A DNA stretch of 64,000 nucleotides from Chiloscyllium plagiosum. Lineage: Eukaryota. Below, one piece after another: positions 51,071 to 64,000 of this stretch. The stretch is from NCBI RefSeq assembly GCF_004010195.1, contig NC_057718.1:16770192-16834191 (forward strand), read 5' to 3'. Position 1 is the first letter of the stretch. Each line of letters begins with the position of its first letter. A program made the position numbers and the translations under genes. Below the pieces are notes generated by a model. It was not told where the DNA came from, searched no databases, and saw only the letters and a list, made by a program, of their open reading frames with translations.

Positions 51071-52227
51071 GCCTTAAGTTTGTTATGTGCTGACCAGATG
51101 GATTGTGTTCGAGGTATTTATCTGCACGAACATCTCCACGTGGGTCAGGGACATGGCATGGTATAACTACTTGGAGCGTCCCATGGCAAGCCCCATACTT
51201 TGTAATACCGGGGAAGCTAAAACCTCAGCTTGTGGGCGATACTTAGTGTTTTTGTATTCTGGGTCCATGCACATCTTTAGGCTCAATCCTTTCTCCAAAG
51301 ATCACCCCCTCATGCCAGAAATTAGTTTTGTGAACCTTTTCTAAACCACTTTGAATTTAAGTGCATCCTTCCTTAGGTAAGAGAATCAAAACTATAAGTA
51401 ATACTCTTTATGCAGGCTCACCAATGCCCTGTACATTGCAGCTAGATTTCTCTAGTTTTATTCTACAAACCCTCCGCTCATCTCACTACAAAGATCAATC
51501 TAGGCATAAAACAAGGTAACAGGTATTCCAACTTTGTTTAGTATCATGCGACATGTACATCAGAAATCATTCTCTAAAATGGACTGATGCCAGAGGATTC
51601 AGAACTTGCATTCAGCAAATACCCATATCACCATATCATACTGTCCCAGGCAAACAAAAATATTTGTGCACATTTATCTTCATCACTGAACCATTACTAG
51701 AACCAATCTTGTAAATAACCTTTGCATTTTCTCCAAATCATACACACCTTTCATATAATGAGGTATTCACAACTGAGCCCCAGCTCCCTGATTTGACCAG
51801 ATTAAGAGCCTAATTAGAGAACTCATGTTCTATGGGTTCCACTTGGCTAACATTGCCACAATCACTACAATGATTCTAGCTGAGGTCTAACAAATGTTTT
51901 ATACAAGTTCAACCTCACCTCCTTGTTCCTGTACTCTGTGCCCCTATTGATAAAGCTGAAGTTACGGTGTATTTTACTACTATTCTTTCCACCAGTCCTG
52001 CTACATTCAATGATCTGCACACATATACTGACAGGTCGCTCTCTTCCTTCATCCACCACCTTCAAATTGTCCACCCCATGTTTTATACTGACTGTCAACA
52101 TTCTTCCAAACAAAATGTATCACCTTTCACTTTTTTTTCCAATGAACCTCATCTGCCATGGCTATAATGAAGTCAGGAGCTGAGTGTCTGTGGCAGAATC
52201 CAAACTGAACATCATTGAGCAGGTTAT

Positions 52228-52442
52228 TGTAGTTGTAGTAACAAGGTCAGCCAGTGGACCTCATAGAACAGGAGTTCTCTAATTGGGCTCTTAATCTGGT
52301 CAATTCAGGGAGCTGTGGCTGACTGGAGTGTTAGAGGTTCTATTCACACTGAGAGCTGGCACTGAAGGAGCTAGATCAGTGCCAAGGATTCTCCACATGT
52401 AGATAAAGGTAAAGGGTCACTGGCCTCTGTGGAGTTATTTCA
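52228..52442. mobile_element. Short solo LTR-like element (215 bp)
   Basis: TG...CA ends with 5-bp TSD GTTAT (52223-27 and 52443-47). Partial inverted copy at about 51779-51869. Confidence 0.72.
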
Positions 52443-53095
52443 GTTATTACTGAACAAGTGCTTCTTGATAATGTTGACAACCCACTTTGCTGATGATTGA
52501 AATTGACTATGGAATGAACTGTCAGAGGATGTAGTAGGTGCAGGTACAGTTACAACATTTGGACAGATATATAGATTGGAAAAGTTTAGAGGGATATGGG
52601 CCAAACGCAGGCAAATGAGACATTTAATTTGGGAAACTGGTCAGCATGGACAAGTTGGACCGAAGCATCTGTTTCCATCTTGTATGACTATCCTCTCAAC
52701 ACCACATTGCTTCTCTGTCAGACTGAGAAAAGCCAGACTACCTTTTTCAGTGAAGCAGGACCTTTCTTCAATCATTTGACAGCTCTTGTGTTCTAATCAC
52801 AGTAAGTTAAAACAGTAAATAATCCATGCTTCGTTACTAATTTAGTCTGAGTTATTTTTATACTCTCCATGTAATATGTAAGCAGATGAAAAGATTATTT
52901 TTGAATTGGTATACTAACACACACTTGATACAAAAGACACATCTAAATATGCAAACAGCAAGTCAGAGGCTCAGAAGAAAGGGACAGAATTACAAAATGG
53001 TCTAAACAGCCTTACTCGATGAATGGCATGCCATTGAAAATGCAATCTAGCTGATTGGATCTAAAATGTCTAAATGATCCCTCAAATAGACAGTA

Positions 53096-53310
53096 TAGGT
53101 CGTTCTGCTACAACGCACGTTTTGTTAACGTGAATTTGCTGTAACGTGATTGACAAATTGGGGACACTGTTTCTAAATCACAAACTTTTGAAATGTGTAT
53201 TGGTTATAACATGATTCCAGTCCCATTAGTTTAAATAGTGCTGCTATTGTGCAATTTTCTCACAACACGGATTGCATGAGAACGGATCTACATTATAGCA
53301 GAAGTGACTG
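53096..53310. mobile_element. Tc1/mariner-pogo-type MITE
   Basis: TA flanks at 53094-95 and 53311-12. Imperfect TIRs aggtcgttctgctacaacg and cagtcacttctgctataatg (reverse complement). Confidence 0.7.
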
Positions 53311-53768
53311 TACACCATTAAATATACAATATCACAGCAGTAATCAAGATGACTAAGGCACTGGAGTTGTACACACATAAATTGCTGAAACAAGAGAAAT
53401 GCTGATTTTCAACTTTCATCTATATAGAAGACTCAGGTTATAGTGGTTTCTGTAGCAGAATATCTCATGTGTTGCATACTCTTTCAAATTAAACAAGTTA
53501 ATTTGGAGATGTTCCCATTTTGAGCATATAATAAAAATGATTCTCAATGTTTTGCATTCACTTCTGAAGCAGGATCATAATTCATCTCAAAGAATACCTA
53601 ACCAATTATTCAAGTTACTTTTTTGTGAATTGCAATAGGTACTGTGATCAGATTCTGCATCAGTAAATAATCACCTGGGGGGTGCAAGGGAGGTGAGCTC
53701 TCCAGAGCAGGCTGATAGAAAAAAAGATCACCAATTTTAGGCGACAATGGATGCCCCCAATATGTAAA

Positions 53769-53895
53769 CATCTCTCCACCCTTCAGGCATTCTGCCTGTA
53801 TTCCTGATGAAGGACTTTTGCCCGAAACTTTAATTTTACTGCTCCTCGGATGCTGCCTGAACTGCTGTGCTTTTCCAGCACCACTCTAATCTAAA
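53769..53895 (+). mobile_element. Short Penelope-derived insertion with hammerhead core and 14-bp TSD
   Basis: TSD CCCCAATATGTAAA at 53755-53768 and 53896-53909; CTGATGA-AGGACTTTTGCCC-GAAAC inside. Confidence 0.8.
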
Positions 53896-53948
53896 CCCCA
53901 ATATGTAAAAAGCTTCACTCCAAAGTAAAACCTTCCTTCTTAATACTT

Positions 53949-54273
53949 TGTTATGGAGCAGGCCAGACCCCCTCAAAACATTTCAAGAAGTAGCCCAGAC
54001 CCAAACTTTGCTAGTTGTTTTAAGCAGGTGTGTAGTGGATATTCCAGAAGTGATGCAGCTGGCCCAACCACTTAGTTTTAAATAAAACAGAATTCATTTG
54101 CAAGAGAACTGAATGAAACACAAACAAAAGATAAGAGAATATAGAATAACTTAATCTATCCAAAAACCCAACAGATTATCCCAACTTCATGATGCTGTTC
54201 CAAATTCCTGCAACAATCCCCATAAACACCCCTTGGCAAAATATCAAACACATGATCTTAAAGGAGCGATATC

Positions 54274-54308
<35 letters not shown>

Positions 54309-54604
54309 TGGCAGAGGGATTCAGCATGGAACATCTTCTTCCATGTAACTGTTTCTTTGACCAGCAGCCTCAAAACTGACTGACTGCTTGCTCTGAACGT
54401 CCAGACTGCTAAATCCCAAACCAAACCAGAGAAAAGCTGAGCTGGGAGAACTGACCACTCCCCTTTCATTGCACAAGGATTTTTTTTAAACTTAAAAACT
54501 TCAAGTGGATCAACCCAGGCATTTCGGAACATGTGCCTTTACCACCTCCTGAGAAAAAAAAACCAAGGGCAACATAACCTTGTTAAAGGAGCAGCATCAT
54601 CACA
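53949..54604. mobile_element. Solo LTR (656 bp) with an internal (GA)n tract
   Basis: TGTTATG...CATCACA terminal inverted motif; 4-bp TSD ACTT at 53945-48 and 54605-08. Confidence 0.8.
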
Positions 54605-55011
54605 ACTTCAAAAAACAAAATACAGCTCTCTTCCACCCACCTGCCCAGCTCAGGTTGGACTTGAACCCAGGCCTTTTGGTCCAGAGGTAGGGATATATTA
54701 CTGCACCTCTGGTCTGCTTTCTTCTTTTTCCCCAAATTGCTGTGGTTATATTTTATTTATTTTGTGAGACACGGAAATGTAGACAGCACTGTGAATTAAT
54801 TTTATTATTGTATATGTTTTTTCCACCAGGGAAGCACTCATGTCGCCAATTGAATACTTGCAAGCGAAGACTGATAAGTGCAATGTTGAAGTAAGAGGTA
54901 ACTATGAACCTTTACTTTATGATCCACCTGCTAACATTTGCCAAGTTAAGTCCTTTCAACAACCTGTTCAAAGTACAACTCATCTGAAAAATAAGTATGC
55001 AAGCAACTAAC

Positions 55012-55122
55012 CTTGAAAAGCTTGACTTCTGCCTCCAAATGTTGGATATATTCTGACTGGTCATTGATAATAGGTACAAGATCATCAATAGATGGGGAAC
55101 AATCCAAATCATTTCTTGTTCT
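55012..55122 (-). CDS. SDCCAG8: SDCCAG8 coding exon (human exon 4 equivalent), 111 bp, phase 0-0
   Basis: Acceptor ttttcatgtgcAG, donor GTtagt. Translates RTRNDLDCSPSIDDLVPIINDQSEYIQHLEAEVKLFK, matching the recalled human segment ...HDLVHTINDQSQYIHHLEAEVKFCK. Confidence 0.93.
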
Positions 55123-55704
55123 CTGCACATGAAAAGAAAAGATCAAGTCTTAATAAATATATACTTACGATCCACTGTATGCCATGATTTGAAGAAGTTA
55201 TTTTCTCAATTTCTTTCGGACCTGTTGCAGCCAAAGAATTCACCAATTGAAGTTTAATTTTAATTTGCTGTAAATACACCCCCTTTTCAAAGTTATAATA
55301 AAAAGGTACAAAATAACTTTTGTTGTAACAATACATCACTTAGAAAGGAATATTACTTTAGCATTCTGAACTGCTAAGTTCAGTGAAGAGTTTCCAATCT
55401 AGAAGCGATTAATTATCCTGATCATTCTCATCTTATCTATACTCTCTAGGAACTCAAGTAAGTTCCAATGTCTCATTAAAGGCAGTCACATTTAGCAGGT
55501 AAGCAGGTCATTGCCTTCAACATAGAAAGCAAAGTAAAAATTTAAGTATTTTAGTGAGGTACTAACTGTGGCATATATTTATCTTTAATTATAGTAGTCA
55601 TGTACACTCCCATTAAATTTCAGCATTTTTATACCAACTTTTATGCACTCAGAGTTAAAACCATAAGATATATCGAGTAGAAGTAGGCCCCAAAAATAAG
55701 CTGG

Positions 55705-56046
55705 GGAATCAATGGCCTAATGGTATTATTGTTAGCCTATCAATCCACATAATCAGGTAATATTCTGGGGACCTGGGCTCAAATCTTGCCATGGCAGATG
55801 GTAGAACTTGAATTCAATAAAAATCTGGAATTAAGAATCTAATAATGAGCATGAACCTATTGACAATCATGAGGGAAAAAAAACATTGGTTCACAAATGC
55901 CATTTTGGGAAGGTATTACCTGGTCTAGCCTACACTCGACTCCAGGCTTACAGCAATGTGGTTGACTTTTGCCTCTGGGCAATTAGGAATGGGTTATCCT
56001 AACTTGCCAAGTCCATGTCACCCACATCCGATGAATGAATAAAAAA
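55705..56046 (+). mobile_element. Second tRNA-SINE family, with a LINE-like 3' tail
   Basis: tggcctaatggta..gggctcaaatc..gcaatgtggttgact..cccacatcc..atgaatgaataaaaaaa; interrupts an older CR1 3' end. Confidence 0.75.
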
Positions 56047-57920
56047 ATTCAGCCCATCAAGTCTGCTCCATCATTCAGTGTGATCAAGGCTGATCTAATA
56101 ACTCCATACTCCAGCCTTTTCCCCACAACCCTTGATTCAGTTATTGACTAAAAATGTCTATCTCAGCCTTCAATATACTCATGACCCAGCCTCAACAGCC
56201 CTCTCTGGTAAATTATTCCACAGATTCACTACCTTCAGAAAAGAAAGTTCCTCCCCATCTCTGTGTGAAATGTGTGACCCTCATTCTGAAATTATGCCCT
56301 CTGCTCCTTGACTCTTGCACAAGGAGAAACAATCTTTCTGCATCTATTCTCTCAAGTCCCCTAATAATCTTGTATATTTTAATAAGGTTGCCACTTATTA
56401 TTCTAAATTCCAATTACTGTAGATGCTGGAATGTGTACTGAAAACAAAAACTGCTGGAGATCACAGCTCTGATGAAAAGTCATCTAAACTCAAAAAGTTA
56501 GCTTGCCTTTTCTCCATGGATGTGCTTGATCTGCTGTGATTGGCAGCATTTTTTATTCTCAGTATAAATTCCAATGAGTACAGGAACAACCTACTTAACC
56601 TCCCCTCAAAAGACGTGCTGCTGTACTCAATATCAACCTAGTGGACTTCCAGTGCACTGCCTCCTCTACCGATGTATCTTCCCTTTGATAATGGGCTCAA
56701 AGTTGTTCACAGTAGTCCAGTGATCTGACGAGTGCCTTGTATAGTATTAAGCAAAATTTGAAACAAAGGCCAACATTCTGTTCCATTTTCCTATTACTCA
56801 CTGAACCTGTATGCTAGCTTCCAGTGATTCACAAGATTTCCATATTCCACTATTCTGTAGCTTTCTGCAGTCTTTCTCCATTTAAATAATATTCAGCTCC
56901 CTTATTTTACAAAAGTGCAATGCCACATATTTCCACACATTTTGTTTCATCTGCCAAGTTTATGCCCACTTGCTTCATCTATCTGTATGAAGATCCCTCC
57001 TTCTCAACCTCTTCCCTCACCTGAGACATGAGACTCTCAGGTTAAACTACCACCAGTCATCTATCTCTATTATATTCCTCTGCAAACTCTGTGTCATCGT
57101 CTCCACTTGCCTTCTTAAATATTACTGTGTCATTCACAAACTTGGCGACAGTAAATTCATTTTCCTCATCCAAATCATTAATATATATTGTAAATAATTG
57201 TGGCTCCAGCATTAATCCATGTGACATTCCAGGAGTTACAAGTTGTCACCTTGAAAATTGCCCCCAATCCCAACTGTCAGTTTTCAGTTGATTAGCTGAT
57301 CTTCTATCCATGATAATGTACTACCTCCAACAATATGGGTCTTATCTTATTAAGTAGGACAAAGTGAGGGCTGCAGATGCTGGAGAGTCAGACTTGAAAA
57401 GTGGGGTGCTGGAAAAGTACAGCAGGTCAGGCAATATCCAAGAAGCAGGAAAGTTGATGTTTCATAAGCCCCTCATCAGAAATGTGGAAGGGGAAGGGGC
57501 TGAGAGATAAATGGGGGTGAGGGGTGGAGCTGGTGAAGGAGGAGGGGGGAGGTAGCTGGAAAGGCAATAGGTAGATATAGGTGGGGGATAATTACGATAG
57601 GTCAGTGGGGAGGGTGGAGTGGATAGGCGGGAAGGAAGATGGACAGGTTGGACTTGGATCTGGGATGAGATCTTATCAAGTTGCCTAACATATGGCACAT
57701 TGTCAAATGCCTTCTGAAAATCCAAATGCTTCCCCTTTATTTATCCTTTTATTAAAAGAATTTCAGTAAGTTTGTCATGTACCATTTTCCCTGCATGAAG
57801 CCATGTTGACTCTGTTTAACCATATTAAGTATTTCTAAACATTCTATGGTTATATCTTTTATAATAGACAAACATTTTCCCAATAACAGACATTAAGATA
57901 GATGGCCTATAGTTGGTAAA
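56047..57920 (-). mobile_element. Old CR1-type remnant with nested Penelope pieces (about 56415-56563 and 57356-57669)
   Basis: EFRIISGNLIKIYKIIRGLERID and MDFQKAFDNVP. Nested pieces have TSDs TAAATTCCAAT and ATCTTAT/CAAGT. Confidence 0.75.
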
Positions 57921-59384
57921 GGCTCTTCATTCTATAAGAATTAAAGTTTTACCAAACAACTGCTACATTTTCAGAAAACAAGCTATATAGAAATTTAAAC
58001 ACATAAGAGCAGCTATGGTAACCAAAATAACCTGGCAGCAATGGCATTGCAAAACAACAGGTAGGCCCCCCATTCTTTAGTGATGGACTATAGTGGAAGG
58101 ATGGGCAGCTCAACATTCCAGGGTATAGAAATTTCAGGCTTGATAGGGGGAATCTGAGAGAGATGGGAACATTGCATTATGATAAAGGACATCATCATGG
58201 CAGTAATGAGGGAGGATGTCTTAGAAGGCTCTTCAGATGAGGCCATCTGAGTACAGCTTAGAAATAAAAAAAGCAATGACTTTACTGGGATTATATTACA
58301 GCCCTCCTAACAGTCAAAAGGGAAGTGGAAGAGGAAACATGTAAGAAAATCACAGAAAGGTGCGAGAGGAATAGGATTATAGTAGTAGTGGGTTTCAATT
58401 ATGCTAACATTAACTGGATTGCCTCAGTGTGAAAGGATTTGATGGGAAGGAATTTTTAAAGTACATCCAGGGGAGCTTTTTGTGCCAATACTTAGATAGC
58501 CCTACTAGAGATGGGGCAGTGCAAGAACTAATCCGAGGGAACGAAGCCGGTCAAGTGGGTGAACATTTTTGGGATAGTGATAATAACTCTGCAAGTTTCA
58601 AAGTCATTCTGGCAAAGGATAAGGATAGTGTAGAAATCAAGTGTCTAAATTGGGGGAGGGCCAATTTCAATATCATTAGACAAGAAGTGGCAAACATAGA
58701 CTGGGAGCAACTATTTACAGGCAAGTCTATATTCGGAAAGTGCGAGTCTTTAAAAGTAGTATATTGAAGGTTCATGGCCAGTTTGCTCCCCTAAGAGTGA
58801 AGAGCAAGGGCAGAAAGTCCAGGAAATGCTGAATGTCAAGGAACACAGAGTATGATCAAGAAAAAAAGGAAGCATATGTAAAGTACAGAGCATTTGAGTC
58901 CATTCAGGAGTACAGAGAGAGTAGGGAGTACTCAAAAAATAAATTAGGAGGGCAAAAATGGGCCACAAAATATCCTTGGCCAACAGGATTAAGGGAAACT
59001 CCAAGGTGTTTGAGTATATTAAGATCAAAAGGATTGCTGGAAAAGAGAGGGGCTTATTAGAGACCAGAGGGACAATCTGTGCTTGGAACCAGAGAATGTG
59101 GGTGAGATCTAAAATTAATATTTCTCATCTGTACTGATAAAGGAGAAAGGCAGTGTAGCTAGAGATTTCATTTGGGATGGTGAGGTTCTAGAGCATATTA
59201 AGATTAATAAGGGGGAGGAGTATTAGATGTTTTAGTAGCATATAGATGCATAAATTCTCAGAGCATAACAAAATGAAGCCAGGCTTGCATGGGAGGTAGG
59301 GGAGAAGATTGTTGGAGCCCTGAAAAAGATACTTAATTTTTCACTGGCCGCAGGTGAAGTGCCAAATGACTGACTGAACACCGT

Positions 59385-59727
59385 GGGGTGGCATGGTGGC
59401 TCAGTGGTTAGCACTGCTGCCTCACAGTGCCAGGGACCCAGGTTTGATTCCCGCCTCGAGCAACTGTCTGTGTGGTGTTTGCACATTCTCCCCGTATCTG
59501 CGTGGGCTTCCTCCAGGTGCTCTGGTTTCTTCCCATAATCCAAAGATGGGAAAGATGTGCTGGCCAGGTGAATTGATCATGCTAATTTGCCCATAATGTT
59601 AGGTGCATTAGTCAGAGATAAATACAGGGTAGGGGAATGAGTCTGGATGGGTTACCCTTTGGAGGGTAAGTGTGGACTCGTTGGGCCAAAGGGCCTGTTT
59701 CCATACTGTAGGGAATCTAATCTAATA
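59385..59727 (+). mobile_element. tRNA-derived SINE (HE1-like)
   Basis: ggcatggtggctcagtggttagc A-box, ggtttgattcc B-box, ctaatctaat tail. Confidence 0.9.
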
Positions 59728-60057
59728 TGGTTTCACTGTTCAAGAAAGGCAGCAGGGATAAGTCAGGTAATTACAGACCAGTTAGTCTGACATCGTGGTA
59801 GGGAGATTATTGGAAAAATATTCTGAAGGACAGAATTAATCAACAGTTAGACAACAGGGACTGAACAGGGATAGTTAGCACAGATTTGTTAGAGGAAGAT
59901 CCTGTCTGCTTAATTTGAGTTTTTTTGAAAATGTGACTAAATATACCAGTGGAAATCTGGACTCGTTGCCTACAAAAGGTGGAGGAGGCAGAAACCCTCA
60001 TAACATGTAAGAAGTATTTACATGTATATTTACAGTGCCAAGACATAAAAGGCTATG

Positions 60058-60260
60058 GTCGAGAGTGTGATGCTGGAAAAGCACAGCAGGTCTGGCAGCA
60101 TTTGAGGAGGAGAATCAATATTTCTGGCATAAGCCCTTCATTAGGAATCCTGAGAAACCATCGATTCTCCTGCTCCTCGGATGCTGCCTGATCTGCTGTG
60201 CTTTTCCAGCATCACACTTTCAACTCTGATCTCCAGCATCCACAGTCCTCACTTTCTCCC
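60058..60260. mobile_element. Foldback Penelope-derived element
   Basis: gtgtgatgctggaaaagcacagcag is inverted against ctgctgtgcttttccagcatcacac; flanking direct repeat CATAAAAGG. Confidence 0.78.
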
Positions 60261-62159
60261 ATAAAAGGTGATGGGCCAAGTACTGGAAATGGGATTAAAA
60301 TAATTAGGTGATTGTTTTTGACTGGTGTAGATTCGATAGGCAAAAGGGTCTTTTCCTGTGCTATAGACTACTATTGATGAGGTTTATATGGATTTCAGTA
60401 AGACCTTTAAGGTTCCACACGGAAGGCTGGTCCAAAAAGTAAGCACCCATGAGATCCAAAGTCAAGTTTACAAATGTGTCCAAAATTGGCTTATAAATAG
60501 AAGATAAGGGGAGATAGAGTCATAGAATGTATAGCATGGAAGCAGACCCTTCCGTCCAACTCGTCCATGCTGACCAGATATCCCAGCACAATCTAGTCTC
60601 ACCTGCTAGCATCTGGCCCATATCCCTCCAAACCCTCCCTATTCATATACCCATCCAGATGCCTGTGATTCGAAGTCTGTGCAAAAGGTGTATCACAGGG
60701 ATCAGTACTGTGATCCTTGCTATTTCATATGTACATTTTTCCTGCAACATTCCCATCCAAGTCTTTAATCAGTAAGCTTGCATATGAAACGAAAATTGGG
60801 GTTTTTGTTGATAAGGAGGAGATTGGGCTTGTGCTCCACTTTGATACTGATCAGGTGGTAAATTGGGGAGAGCAATGGCAGATGGAATTTAATTCTGATA
60901 ATTAATGCAGTGATATATTTTGGGAGGTCTAATAAGGAAAGTATATACACAATGAATGGTAGCTCGCTAGGCAGTACTGAAGAACAAAGGGGCCTGGGTA
61001 TACAAGTCCGCAAATATCTGAAGACATCAGCACAGGTGGTCAAGATGGTGAAAATAATATATGAGATACATGCATTCAATAGCAGGGGTGTAGAATATAT
61101 AGGAGCAAACAACTTTATAGAGCATTGGTTAGGCCACAGATGGAATACTGTGTGATGTTCTAGTGGCCACAATAGTGGAAGGACGTGATTGCATTGGGGA
61201 TGTTGCAAAGGAGATTCACCAAGCTTTGCACCTTGGATGCAAAGTCTCCATTATGAGGACAGACTAGATAAGCTGGATTTGTTTTCCACATAGCAGAGGA
61301 GATGGAGGGGATATCTGATTGTGGTATATAATATCATGAGAGGCATAGATAGAGTCATAGAGATGTACAGCACAGAAACAGACCCTTAGTCCAACTCGTC
61401 CATGCAAACCAGATATCATAACCTAATCTAGTCCCATTTGCCAGCACTTTTCCCATATCCTTCTAAGCCCTTCCTATTCATATACCCATCCAGATGCCTT
61501 TTAAAAGTTGTAACCGTACCAGCCTCCACCACTTCCTCTAGCAGCTCATTTCATACTTGCACCACCCTCGGCGTGAAGAGGTTGTTCCTTAGGTCCCTTT
61601 TAAATTTTTCCCCTCTCACTCTAAACCTATGCCTTTTAGTTCTGGATTCCCCCACCCCATGGAAAAGACCTTGTCTACTTATCCTATCCATGCCCCTCCT
61701 GATTTTATAAACCTCAATAAGATCACCCATCAGCCACCGATGCTCCAGGAAAAACAACCCTAGCCTATTGTTCAAATCCTCCAAACCTGGCAACATTCTT
61801 GTAAAAATAAGATAGATTGTGAGAAACTTTTCCTTGGCAGACAAGTCTAAGACTAGAGGACTTAAGTTTAAGGTGAAGAATGGTTTCAAGGGGAGCAGAG
61901 GAAAAATAGTTTCACCCAGTGGGTGATAGAAATATGGAACCTGCTGCCTGACAGAGAGTTCAAGGCGATATTTGATATTTAAGATGCACCTGGATCAGCA
62001 CCAAAAATGTCAGGGCATAGTAAGCTATGGACCAAGTGCAGATAACTGGGATTAATGTAGTTTGGTGTTTGTTGGCTAGCATAGACATGGTGGGCCAAAG
62101 GACCTACTTCTGTGCTGAATGGCTCTATCAGATTATGACTGACACAAACTCTGGCACAT

Positions 62160-62975
62160 TTTTAAAAAATTCATCCATGGGATGTGGGCATTGCTGGCTG
62201 GTCAAACATTTATTTCCTATTCCTAGTTATCCTTGAGAAGCTGGTGGTGAGCTGCCTTCTTGAACCACTGCAAGTCTTTTGGTGTAGGTCGACCCACAAT
62301 GCCACTGGGGAAGAAATTCTATGATTTGCAAGTCAGAATGGTGAGTGCCTTGGAGGGGAACTTGCAGGTGGTGGCTTCCATGTATCTGTGGTTGTGGTCT
62401 TTTTAGATGGTAGTGGGTTTGGAAGGTGTTGTGGATAAATCATCACGCGTTTCCTTTAATTTTGCGACTTATTATCAAATCTCAGTTGATCAGAACTGAA
62501 ATAATGATTTAAACTTTATTGAATGTAGCAACCAAAATAAGACCTCTAAACTAGGAAAGTAAAGCCTCACCACTCAACTTGGCTTTTATCTGATTTAGGA
62601 TGGAATTTAGCCAAGATTCCACCAAATGTCTGTCTCTGGAAGTATCCAGGGTTTGACCCTTGTGCAGTGTTGTTCTTCAAAGTTCTGCTACACTGGTTTG
62701 TTCTGGTGGTGGGGAAATTGTAGCAGTACATCTGTAGATAGCACACACAGCGGATGCTGAGCATTGGTAGAGAGAGCGAATGTTTGTGAACATGATGCCA
62801 TTCAAGTGGACAGCTTTGTCCTAGCGATATCCAGCTTCTAAAGCATTATTGGAACTGCACCCATTCAGGCAAGTGGAGAGTATTCCATCACATTCTTAAC
62901 ATGTGCTTTGTGGAGAGGGTTTGGGGAATCAGAAGGGGAGGTATTAGCTGTAGGATTCCTATCTACCGTCCTGCT
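62160..62975 (-). mobile_element. Old LINE (CR1/L2-like) 3' remnant; related pieces at about 11300-11545 and 48790-49165
   Basis: Shared gcagttcaagaaggcagctcaccacc..ttctcaagg..aatgcccacatccc 3' motif in all three locations. Confidence 0.6.
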
Positions 62976-64000
62976 GTTGCTTATTATTCCAGGATTTTTA
63001 TTGATGACAGGGAGCCATATTTTGCCATTTCACACACTTTTCACAAAGAAGCAACAAATTTTAACAAAAACTAATATACACTTTGCAGTTCAGTAGTAGT
63101 CTCATAGTGGTGACTTGACAAATACCACTGGGATTAAAAATGATTATAGGTAATGCCTTCTGTATTAATGCTACAATAAACAAATACTAAGAATCAAGCA
63201 ACATGCTGCCCACCAGAAAGGTCAGAAGTAAAAAGATGACTGCAGAAAAAACTAAAGTTAAAAATATGAACTAATGGCTTATAATCACAAGTCTAGTTAA
63301 ATATCAGTGATCTCTTAGATATCGCAGGGCGCTTGAACAATTGGGTAATGGTGTGATTAGACATTCACGGCTGGATTTGTTTTATTTCAGATAAATGTTT
63401 CGTCCTCTTTTAATCACAACAAATAACATTCCAACAGTAAATCAATACTATGGCTAACCACATGGGGGAGCCCCTCAGCAATACTAAACCTAACCATACA
63501 ATAGAAAAGTGCTAACATAATTATACACATTTGAAAATAAGCATAAATATTTTGCTACTACATTTAAACTGTAATAATGTAACAAACAACTATATTAATA
63601 TATTAACCTCTGCGATATTTAAAGTGCATAAACCTTTGCAATTGCTGATTGTATTGATGGTTAAAGTGTGTCTAAGTGAGAATTTCATTAATCTGACGAC
63701 AGGTTTCCACGTGCCCAAATTCTATTGAATTGTAAATCTATGCAGAAGTAATGATAATGTGTTAAACATTTTTAAGTGAATGTATAAATATTTATTGATG
63801 AGATTTATAGATTTAGTTTACACAAATAATTCAATGCAATTGATATTTGAGAAAGATGGTTACTGGTTTGGTTAATTATCAAAACATGAGAACTAGGAGC
63901 AGGGATAGGCAATTCAACCCCTCTGCCCTTTAATATGATCTTGACTGATGGCTAAATCATTTTTACATAAAAAGTATAAAACCACTATGTCTGGAATGCA

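Larger units (their letters stand above)
58088..62140 (+). mobile_element. Degenerate CR1-type LINE carrying several nested insertions
   Basis: FLCQYLDSPTRDGAVQELIRGNEAGQV, NWGRANFNIIRQE and WQMEFNSDN. Interrupted by a SINE (59385-59727), a foldback element (60058-60260) and minus-strand CR1 3' ends (60515-60663, 61350-61803). Confidence 0.85.

Noticed and set aside
49637..51166. 509-aa ORF, and overlapping minus-strand X-rich ORFs
   Set aside because: Artefact of translating through the N gap; only the Penelope RT part is meaningful.
54273..54309. (GA)n tract and the ERERK ORF
   Set aside because: Simple microsatellite inside a solo LTR.
55169..55275. Possible SDCCAG8 exon 3, with a GTAAGT donor at 55168 and an open frame
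   Set aside because: It would leave only a 46-nt intron, and the peptide does not resemble the recalled exon 3 (VNQLKDLLRQQ...). Exons 1-3 were not found in the window.
62440..62496. Acceptor-like ttatttcAG on the minus strand followed by SDQLR
   Set aside because: All three frames hit a stop shortly after, and there is no matching donor.

Overview
Eukaryotic, repeat-rich vertebrate DNA. The CR1/Penelope/tRNA-SINE repertoire points to a cartilaginous fish such as a shark (inference). The window holds eight consecutive coding exons of SDCCAG8 on the minus strand, equivalent to human exons 4-11. All have canonical AG/GT sites and chain into one open frame; the rest of the gene lies outside the window. 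The introns are a mosaic of CR1-type LINEs, tRNA-derived SINEs, Penelope-like fragments, an RTE remnant, two Harbinger transposase remnants, solo LTRs, a MITE and a full-length but dead pogo/Tigger transposon, plus a 608-N assembly gap. Highlights: (1) a near-perfect 1,597-bp tandem duplication that copies exon 11 but destroys the copy's splice donor; (2) many short Penelope-derived insertions with long target-site duplications and minimal hammerhead-ribozyme cores; (3) a Tigger4/Zombi-like transposon with an in-frame duplicated poly-Asp module; (4) a 190-bp inverted duplication at a SINE 5' junction; (5) two neighbouring inverted CR1 copies sharing a stop codon. All family names come from remembered motifs, not database searches. 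Repeat boundaries are approximate unless a TIR or TSD is cited.
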